A DNA stretch of 64,000 nucleotides from Lingula anatina (taxonomy: Eukaryota > Animalia > Brachiopoda). Below are positions 54,090-64,000 of this stretch, one piece after another. The notes under the pieces are model-generated. The model was given only the letters and a program-made list of their open reading frames with translations. It made no database searches and was not told the DNA's origin. The stretch lies in the NCBI GenBank assembly GCA_051362555.1, contig CM120646.1, forward strand, positions 21,452,001 through 21,516,000. The letters are read 5' to 3'. A program made the position numbers and the translations under genes. The number at the start of each line of letters is the position of its first letter. Position 1 is the first letter of the stretch.

Positions 54090-54455
54090 CTAATCACCGT
54101 CGAACTCATCAAAATCTATCATGTTGTCTCCATTTACGTCTATCTTGACAAATGCTTCATCAAAATTCAGTGCGGATCTCTTGGCACCGTGGAACTCCGC
54201 TTCTGCAGCAAAAAATTCGGCCTTGGAAATGTGATCATCTCTGAAGCGTGAGACGAAATAATACGACAGCAGAACCATAATGTCTGTAACGTGACAGAGA
54301 GTCCCTCTTGACAGAGAGTCCGCTTCCAATTCATTTGCACAGATAACCCCCCATAGATTTCGACCCACTCAGGCCCAACCATAATTATAACCAAATAGAG
54401 GGCGGACTTTTTGTTACACGGACCCTCAGTTTTGTTACACCTGCAAACAAGCCAT
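54090..54455 (-). pseudogene. Internally deleted family copy C (start of exon 1 plus intact EF-hand exon 54240-54090)
   Basis: ATG GCT TGT TTG CAG GTG TAA at 54455 with upstream homology to copy A; exons 2-3 absent; last exon DDHISKAEFFAAEAEFHGAKRSALNFDEAFVKIDVNGDNMIDFDEFDGD*. Confidence 0.75.
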
Positions 54456-55449
54456 CTTTTGAAACGAGAAGACGAAACATCAGATACTAGGTTTAAAACG
54501 CCCTTTCACCAATGACATTTTTGACCACATTGGTCGGAAGTTGGGGCTGCCGCCTAGTCGTCTGTGTTGTGCGGGTTCAGCTCTGGATTCACAGCGTCAT
54601 AGAAGCAAATGCTTTTAATATAATACACTTTACTAGTTCTGGAACTAATAAGATAACGTCCAGCTAACCACTGGTATACATGTACTCCAATGTGGAAATT
54701 CATATTTTACGCATTTCTTTGTCATTTCTCTTTTCTCGATGCTCAAATATGGTTTAATTTTAAACTACAAACTGCATGAACAAAGCCAACCTGAGTTTTT
54801 TTTTTGTCAAATGAATGGTGTTGTGATATAAAATATATTGATGATGGCAACAGTTTTCTGTATTGTTTGCAGGTTGCAAGCGCAGTATTTTTACCTTACA
54901 CCCGTATTAAGTAATTCCCGTTGTTTTTATTTAATCAAGCCCGAATGACTTTGTTGACGTTTTCGGTGTTTTAATTAGTCTCTTTGGTGAAAAGTTGGAA
55001 AAAGCAAATGTATTTATGAGAACAATTCACATAAAACTACATAATTGTGTCTTTTGGGCCTCAGCCGGAAAACGGAAATTCGACAGCAAAATCAACAGAT
55101 CTCTACCTTAGCTTGCAGACAGTAACATATGTTGGCATATATTACCTCCTGCAACCGTGGCGACATATCTGCAGTTTTTGTAGTTGCTTTATTTCAATTG
55201 TAAACCCTTTGTACAGGTGCATGGCGTTCCCCCACTTTTAAATGGCAAAAAAAGATGAAACCATTATACTCAAGATAAGTCAATTATTTCACCTATAAAA
55301 GTTTTAAAAAATTTAAAAAACGAGTTATTTATTTTGGGTTCTCAAGTGCATTAACCCAAAAGAAAGTTGGGAATTTGAACAAAGGATTAACATCCTAGTA
55401 TAAACACCCATTGTATTAACACGAAGTGACTCCAAAGTTCCAAAATACT

Positions 55450-57260
55450 CAATTGCCATACAACCGAAAAGAATCTAAAAATCTGTAGCTGATATAAATA
55501 TTAACTATGCACACAAGAATATCTAAGCTGAAGGCTTCCCCATCCTTCCAAAGCACGCTTGACACCCGACTTGACTCGCTTCTACACACAACTTGAAATG
55601 CATCTACCCTCCTCCAATTCTTCCCTTCGCGTCTATCCACTGTAATGTCACAGCTAAAGTCCTCCCTTTCCTTTCAAAAACCTCATTTTGAAGTGGTCGT
55701 TCTGACAGCTTCTGGCCTCTCACGTTATTTTGGCTTTCTCTCCTTTGAAGAAGACGGAATGACATACAGACCAGGGGCAGATGAAACCATTTGGCATTTC
55801 ATTTTCGGTATTTTCAAAAATTTCATGCCTTGTTCTCTGCTTCTCAGATTTCCTGGCCCAAAAAGCAATGTCCACACAGAAAGATGCGAAGTGTCTGTCC
55901 AAAGAGAATTCACCTTTTCCTACTGTGGTGCCTTCCCCGTCTGTGTATTGGTCCTGCACGACCTCAAATAAACTCTTTATTAGTGCCGATGTAACGAAAC
56001 TGTAACAGAAGGTCTGCCTTCAGTTTAGTTATAAGGGTTAGGGTTAGCATGACCTAAGTGGGTCAAAACTAGGGCGCGGCTTACCTGTTCAAATGAATGT
56101 GAAGCGGACTCTCTATCATGTGGGACCGGGATGTCATGTTGTTTCCACTGCGTTTTCATCTTAAAGCATATGGATATATTCACAGTTGCTATTAATCCAA
56201 TAAAATGTGCCCCTTTTTGTCTACGGATAGACCGTAAGTTGTCCTGGAAATAGGAGTAGATGTACTGAATGGAGTATGCCGAAAATTTCTGGGTCTGTAA
56301 CATCTAACAAGCTTTGGGTTGTTACACGTCGGGCCTGTGAGACTGGGTCGGGGGGTGCGGAGGTCATCCTGGTCAGCTCCAGATATTGCCACTGTAATGT
56401 GCTGCCTCGTGGTTCCAAGCGTCAACCGGAACCTTGTCACGCAGCTGTGCAATTCCGTTTTAAGTGTATTTCATATGATAATAATTTTTCCCCATCAAGG
56501 GGAAATTTTGCCACTTGCGTTATTATGGTCTGACCCAGTTACTGGGGAGTTGGCCGTCCCATCTTAATCCCGGGTCAGAGTAACCATAAATGTGGCATAT
56601 GTCTTCCATTCTGATGTTCCATGGATCAAGACTGGGCTTAGAAACTGAGGTTGGGTCTCTGAGGACCGCCATACGAGGGATTGGTTTTTGTAGACTGCGC
56701 TAGCGGTCCAGATCACGTGTATCTGTCCCATGTTAAATGTTTTATCAATTCCCAATACGGTTCCGTGTTCTGCTTGCCCTACGAAGGCGGGGCAATTTTT
56801 TTTTCTCATGATTTTTTTATTTAGGAAAGGGTCCTGGTTGAATTCTTCGTGGAGGTGGACGAGGTTGTCTGCAAGATTTTGTCCCTCGGCGATAGTGGTG
56901 GACTAAAGACTTTAGTCTGCACTTGTTGTAAGTTTGCAGTTCTCCTCGATTCCTCATTCCCAATCACCATGGCCTCGTATATTACTCTTGGTTTTGAGGT
57001 AACTTTTCTGGTGGCAATCTGTTCAAATACTTCAGGATTCGTTTTCTGACATCAGAAATAAAACTACCACTGGCATACGTAGTGACTTTCCCTGATGTAA
57101 TGGTGTCCCATCTATTGCTGTACTTGGCCCTTCATCTTCCAACGACTGGCAGGCTTCCCTAGTTTCATATGGATTTTCCTGGCCCATACTCTTGGCGACT
57201 GCATCTTTCATGTCACTCTTCATATTCCGATTTTGAGAGCACACGGCCTAAACAGTGACA
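55450..57260 (-). mobile_element. Degraded DNA transposon, probably MULE/Mutator-type transposase
   Basis: Fragmented, frameshifted ORFs including VLGIDKTFNMG...VYKNQSL...PQFLSPVLIHG...TYATF (56564-56809), resembling the first catalytic-Asp region of invertebrate MULE transposases; boundaries approximate. Confidence 0.55.
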
Positions 57261-57425
57261 GAACGAACAATCTTTAGCTTTCAAGGCAAACGTATTTGTT
57301 GCTCTTTCCTGGTCTGAACAATGGTCGAAACTTCGTCACGCCTGGTTGTATATTACTGTCAAATAGTGTCGGTCACATGGCTCGATCCGTGTTCTTGTTT
57401 AAGACGCGCACGGCCCAAACAGTAA

Positions 57426-57648
57426 GGGCCCCTTTACACTGGACGGCGTCCTTTCTGCGTCCAGCAGTCCGGCCCCATTTGAAAGTTAAAAAATTATAAT
57501 ATTTTAAGTGCCGACAACTGGCTGATCATTGAACATTCATTCTGATACAAATTCAATGCTCGTGCCTCCTTATTAAGACCACAGCGATGCCAAATTTCAT
57601 GGTCGCAGAAAGGACGCAGAAAGGACGCCGTCCAGTGTAAAGGGGGTA
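57426..57648. mobile_element. MITE (PIF/Harbinger-like) with TAA target-site duplication
   Basis: TIR CCCCTTTACACTGGACGGCGTCCTTTCTGCGTCC / GGACGCAGAAAGGACGCCGTCCAGTGTAAAGGGG; TAA at 57423-57425 and 57649-57651. Confidence 0.8.
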
Positions 57649-58241
57649 TAACAGAATGGACAACTGAACAGCGTTCAGAGTTTAATAGAGCAAACAATGA
57701 CAGAAAGATCACTGAGCAACATTCCGAAGAGTTAACACATTGTACGTTCACAGTAAAGTCAAAAACTGCAAAATAACGAGCTAAAAAACCGACGGGGCGC
57801 TCTAACCTCCTTGAAGGGGGCAACGCTATGACCTCTGGGATCGCGCAACGGCCTCTCTCGTTTTATATTCGGGTAACCATGGTGCCGTAGTAGAGTTATC
57901 ATCAAAATTGTAGTGTAAGTTTACAACACAAATTTAGATAAATTAAGGTATAATTCAAATCTTAAAAATTTCGATGTGGAACTGATTATCTTCAATGGCC
58001 GAATTTTTTTATTATTTAAATTAGAGTATCCTCATGTCCTCATGGCACGCGTCGTTTTTTACAATGGAAGCCGGTTGTTACTTAAATCTTGCAGAAAAAT
58101 GTACCAAAAAAAAAAACTTCAGATTACGTTTTCTATTTTACTGATCACCAAACACTTCTACTTTGGTAGCGTCTTTTTAAAGGGAATGGAACACGGTACC
58201 AGTGGAAGAACGCTAGGCACGTAACCTTCACAATCATCCCT

Positions 58242-58280
<39 letters not shown>

Positions 58281-59713
58281 GAACCACTGGGAAACCCACC
58301 GTTTCATAATTGGAACGAGAGATTATTTAGGGAGGGGGTATATCTTTTCTCTAGATTCGATCGAAATGGTTCTGTTTAGTATTTATAAATATTTAAATGT
58401 TATCTAGGATGATTTCTGTTGTATGACTTCAATAAATTAAACAATTTCACATGTTGAAATTCATATATTTCTTATGCAGTCATAACTTGTCCTCTTGTAG
58501 ATGGCGCCACCTGATGGGGGTGTCTTGAGAATGCTCTGTTCAGGAAGTTTCCCTGGGTTAAAGGCTGGTGAAGGTGAATAGGTTTGTTGAATCACAACTT
58601 AAAACGTTTCTGCGTCTACAGTGAATATGATAGTATTTACCTTTTTTTCTGGATTCACGGCGTCGGTGGAGCAATTTCAATAATTCAACTATTATGCAAA
58701 TGACAAGGTTATGACCAGCTAACTTTCAATTTGGAAACTTATCTTTTCCGCATTTTTCACAACCATTCCTTGTTTATCCGTTGTTGCTTTAATTTGATTA
58801 AAAACCCTATACTAGTGCACACGGAGCTGAAATGACACAATGACACGTGGTTAAATTGTCATATGGCATTAAGGTTGTTTTGCTATAGGCAACTCAAAGC
58901 TTTAATCGCCAATTTAACGCCTATTTTGAGATGAGATAGCAATCGGTATGGGGCGTACTAGTAGCTGCATCCCTGAACAAGATTTTATCACGAAAATTGG
59001 CAGAGTTGACAGGAGAGTACATGTATAAGCTACAATTCCGTGCCGTCATTTTGGTTTAAATGTTTTGTTATGGAGTTGTGAGCCTCTAGTAACAGATTTT
59101 CATTAAACAAAGGTATTTTTTGTGTTTTATCAACGATAAAATATAAACTAAGACTTTTAAGAAAAATCGCTGGCAGGGTTTTAGAGCATTTAGGCCCAAT
59201 GATGCCAATAAATCTGCTTTAAAACACTGATCGTGGGTGCTCAGGTAAAAGAGAAATTTGAGAAACCAATTTTTCAGTTTTAACCCCAGATCCCAATTAT
59301 GTCGTCAACTGTAATATGACATGTGTAAATGTTAATTAATTTTGTCACTGAATACTGAACATTTATTTATCCCCCCCCCCCCCAAAAAAAAAAAAAAAAA
59401 AAAAAAATGCATGTAAGGCAGTAAATAAGGGGTTTGGGGCGAAGGGTGACAATATCCTTATGCCTGAACAGACCATAGGCAAGGTTCCTATAGACTGGAT
59501 AATTTTGTTTTTTTTCCCGTTCCGAACCAGAAACTTATAATGGAAGTTCGGGAGAAATAATGCGAAAATCAACTTTATCGCGCAGACTACTACATGGTGT
59601 CACATGCTGTAAATATACTGGAACTGAATACAATAAAGCGAAAACATTGATAAATTATCCAAATCGCTTTATTTCGGTGTTGACGGTTCCAATAAGGACA
59701 GGTGTATCCTCAA

Positions 59714-61561
59714 TCACTGAACACCGTCAAACTCATCAAAATCGATCATGTTGTCTCCATTTATGTCCATCTTAATAAATTCGTCATCAAAATCCATTGC
59801 AGATCTCTTGGTACCACGCAGCTTCACAACTGCAGTAAGGAATTCGTCCTTGGAAATGTGATCATCCCTGAAACGTGTGATAAGATAATGCAACAGGTGA
59901 ATCAGGTTGTCGAATCACAACTTTAAATGTTTCTGATTAATGCTACTTCAGCGAATTTCTTTTGACACAGACTCCCCTCCGCTACTAAATTTTATGGCAG
60001 ATGAGAAAAAATAACATTCATGGCAATACATCAAGGAGATAACATGTGATGGCAACTCAAAGAAAATTATTTTGATAATCTATCAAAGAAAAAAACGAAC
60101 TAAAACGAAATGAACAGGTTCATAAATCTTTCGATTGACTTATATTAATGAAAGTCTAAGTAACAGGAATGTTCCAATTTATAGTAGTACTACTGTTTTC
60201 TCTTACCCGTCAATGTCAATGTTACTGAATACGTCTCTGTACACATTGAACGTATTGGACAGTTTCATGAATTATCTCATGTTTCTATAGAGTAGCATTT
60301 ATGAAAGAGTTAGTAACGGGTATGTATTCATTTCTAGTAAAACTGTTTAGGGCCTATCTCTTACCCGTCAATGTCAATGTTTCTGTATACGTCTCTGGGG
60401 TTAACGACATGTTTCGACAAGGGACGCGCCAGCGATCTCTTGTTTAGGCACTTGCATGTAGCTGTACTACTGTCGAAAAAAAGAAGACATGCTATCTAAG
60501 TGCGAGATAAGTCTATATTTACATACAAAGGATCTTTAAGTAATGATCTACGCATGTCACTGGCCAGTAGTACAGCGGCCACTCCTGTATGACTGTAACC
60601 AAGATCAAGGAATGCTCTCCGTAGGATGTTCCTTTTCACAAAAAACTAATATTGTACTGCTGGTAGGGGCATATTAAAGGGAAGTTTGGCGCAGACAAAC
60701 GCTGTTTTATGGCGACGGTTAACTTTATTGATTTCATGGGCCGTTGCAAACTTTCATTTAAAATATCTGGGTTAATTCAACATTATCTAATGCTATATAA
60801 TAACTCAGCACTATTCTTTTAATAGAGAGACCTTTCAATAAAAGCGGTCACTTCCGGCTAAATTTCGAATACCATATTTGTGTTTGTCTTTTACTTATAC
60901 TTTCGCGTGGGTTAATGAGGAGAAATAAATGTACTTGACAGCTATATTCACTGTAACTTTATTGCTTTATGCAGTATTCAGAATGGATGCCAGTAACGAA
61001 AAAATCAACCTTAAAATAAAACAAAATCCTAGCAAATGCAAGTAAGACCTGCTCACAAAAATACAATTAAACGGAAAAGACCATATACTTTGGGATAACG
61101 CTTCAACTGTACTTACAACCAGCCCCCGCCCTCTACTCTGATATCAGAGCACCCGGATCTGCAGCCACCTTGGCAGTCACAACTAAACATGTTGCACGAA
61201 CCTACCCCACAATATGGCTCTCCCTGAAAAATCATACAAGAACGATATAAACTTGCGCCATTATTATTATCCAGGAAAGAAAGACAAGCTATATACTTTG
61301 ATTGCAAAATGCCAAACATGGAGCCTGCTGTATTCATTGTTTTACATAGAATGTTATTAATATAATCATATCACCGAGCAAGTAACAACTGAAAATTGTT
61401 CCAATTTCTTGTACTGTTTCTAAATTAGAAAAAAATCTTACTATGCTACAGTCTGCACAGAATTCTGCCTTAATAGTGGAACAGCATACTGCTTGAGCGT
61501 GTTTTATGACAAGTGCTGCGGATAACGCTGCAACAACAATGGTTACAGACAAACAACCCAT
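59714..61561 (-). CDS. Mytimycin/Diedel-like 12-Cys precursor with EF-hand pair, copy D (161 aa)
   Basis: Exons 61561-61442, 61223-61117, 60469-60365, 59867-59714: MGCLSVTIVVAALSAALVIKHAQA/VCCSTIKAEFCADCSIGEPYCGVGSCNMFSCDCQGGCRSGCSDIRVEGGGWFSTATCKCLN-KR-...DIDGDDHISKDE...GTKRSA...DINGDNMIDFDEFDGVQ*. Confidence 0.88.
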
Positions 61562-63404
61562 TTTCTGAAATAAGAAGAATGAAGATATTAGATAGGAGGC
61601 TTTCGACGCCCTTCCCCCAACAAGATTTTGACCACATCAGCCCAGGATTTATGTTATTGCAAAAGCTTTTAGTGAAATATAATTTTCCTGTCCTAAGGGT
61701 GATATGATGGTGACCAGCTAAATGGCAATTTGGAAATTAATTATTCTTTGCCTTTCTTCACAATTCTTTCTCCCCTGACGCTGAGTTATGGTTTGACTTG
61801 AAACTCTATACTACTGCCTGCATCAACTCGGCTTGTGCATCTACCTACCTGTGGCTGGTTTTGTCGAATGAAGGTTGTCCTGATATGTTATTTATCTATA
61901 ATGACAATCTTTTTCTGCACCATCACACTCATCAGTGATAAATTTTTCGTACGCAGTTATTAACGTTGTTTTTATTTCACAAATGCAAAATGACATTGCT
62001 AACCTTACCAGTGTTTTAGTCTCTTTTGTAAAAACTCCATAAAATACAATTGGTATTTTTACTAGATATGGGGAAGTACTGCAATTAAGCGATGAAGTCA
62101 CACGTATTACTAGAACCTTGTAAAAATGATTGATAACAAAATGAAAGATTTTAAAAATCATTTCCTTAAAGCTAAAAACATACCATGAGCAAGGTTCCTT
62201 AAATATAAGATGATTTTTACTTTTCCAATCTGAACCAGGAAATGGTTGTTGCTCAGTCGTGCCCTGTTACCGATGTAAGATTTTGTGACTTAAACTGCAG
62301 TATTCATATACAAATTACCCCTGTATAAAGTATACTCTAAACCATGACCTGCGTGGACACACTGATCACCAAAAGCCCTCTCTAAGGGACATTCACAAAT
62401 TGTTTTTATCCATTATGCTGTGTACCTTCCCTCTACCTGGACCACAGATTGATTTTTCACTAGATATTCACAGACATGTCTTGTTTAAACTGACAGTTAT
62501 TCTCTGTGCTGTGCCAGAGAAAACGTCCACATAATAAAAACTGCGGCCCTGGTGGAGGGTATTGTGTACCTTTGTCTACTGTGTCCGGCGAGAAATTTTC
62601 GTATTAAAGTAATGTCATCACTCAGCTTGCCTCTAGTACAGGGCACTGGATGAAAAGGATGGTAATGGCGACTGGCTTGTTTTGACTGATAGACAGTTAC
62701 AATGATGGCATCATATCCGGGCAGATTCATACGAAGCTGTTTCTCTACGTTACTGAGTGGCTGTTGGGTATAAACAGCCTGCTTCAGATAACCTTGTATT
62801 GCTTTCGTCCATGTGCTACGTGGACTCCATATTGCTCTTCTTTATCACGTACTCGCTCAGGGCTGAACTAATATTTCAGGAATTCTAGATGACCAATTGA
62901 GGCCATTCATTACACCTATCCACGCTCTCTGTCACGCCCTCTGCCACACCCCTCCAGCAGCCTCTTCCAGGTTTCTTGTCATGCCGTTTTCGTCTTAATT
63001 GACAAGATTCACCCTCTTAAAAAGTTCATTAGTCTGGTATATATACATGAATTGTTGAATTAATAGTATCACAGACAATGCTTTTATATTCAATAATTCA
63101 TAAAGATTCACCCTTTTTGACCCCTTTCTTGATGTTCAATCACTTGCACTCTCGGTGTCACCTGTACAATGTACCTGATGCTTTTAGTATTCGGTCCTCT
63201 TCTTCATCATTAGTCTGATGCACCCAAATCACTCTCATCTGTGGAACTCTTTTACTCTTGGATGTTTTGGGCCTTTTCTTGCCTCGCGTTACTTATTTGC
63301 CTGTGTTTTTCGTCATGTTTTAATCTAATGAATCATTTGTGTGGAATTTACATGATAATTTACTATGTTCAACGCATCTTAATCTAGTGGGGTCGTTTAC
63401 GAAC

Positions 63405-63500
63405 TCAACAAATTCCTCATCGAAATTCAATGCGGATCTCTTGGAACCGCTCAGTTCCGTTACTGCAGCAAAGAATTCGTCCTTGGAAATGTGATCATCT
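63405..63500 (-). pseudogene. Truncated EF-hand exon remnant
   Basis: cacgtttcag|DDHISKDEFFAAVTELSGSKRSALNFDEEFV, then homology stops at unrelated sequence (~62683-63405). Confidence 0.75.
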
Positions 63501-63619
63501 CTGAAACGTGTGATAAGATAATGCAACAGGTGAATCGGATTGACGAATCTTTGTTTTGTGGATCACTTCACTTCATTGTTGAAAGCACATCATATACAGG
63601 TGTACCTGTATCTTCAATT

Positions 63620-63757
63620 ATTGACCCCCGCCTCCAAGTTGTCTATCATGTTGTCTTCATCTAGACAAATTCTTTGTCAAAATTTAATGCATATCTCTTG
63701 GCGCCGTGGAACTCCGCAACTGCATCCAGGAATTCTTCCTTGGAAATGTGATCATCT
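63620..63757 (-). pseudogene. EF-hand exon remnant with premature stop
   Basis: DDHISKEEFLDAVAEFHGAKRYALNFDKEFV* followed by a degraded second loop; flanks match those of the 48127-48274 remnant. Confidence 0.75.
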
Positions 63758-64000
63758 CTGAAACGTGTGATAAGATAATGCAACAGGTGAATCGGTTTGT
63801 TGAATCATAACTTGATGACCAGCTCACTTACAATTTGAAAATTTATCTTTTCTGCATTTCTTCACAACCATTCCTTGTTTATCCGTTGTTGCTTTAATTT
63901 GATAAAAACCCTATACTAGTACACACAGAGCTGCATTGACACGACCTACCTGTGGTTAAATTTGTCATATGGAATAAAGGGCACTTTGCTATACAATATA

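Overview
Intron-rich, AT-rich animal genomic DNA (lophotrochozoan-like, probably mollusc; inferred from gene content and repeat types). Left third: a large minus-strand mucin-like gene (5.1-kb Ser/Asp/Glu-rich exon followed by EGF, NIDO, AMOP, VWD and further EGF exons; runs off the left edge, 5' exons unresolved). Middle: two head-to-head housekeeping pairs, ATP6V1F/TMUB and HIBCH/PPCS, all reconstructed with intact frames. PPCS carries a U12-type intron. HIBCH intron 1 hosts a nested antisense single-pass membrane microprotein, two MITEs and a 5'-truncated RTE-type LINE with a ~315-bp flanking duplication. Right third: a tandem array of secreted 12-Cys (mytimycin/Diedel-like) peptide precursors fused through a dibasic site to a two-EF-hand C-terminal domain. 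It has three intact 4-coding-exon genes, four remnant EF-hand exons, a candidate stop-containing cassette exon, and several transposon insertions. All family assignments come from motif recognition; no database search was run.
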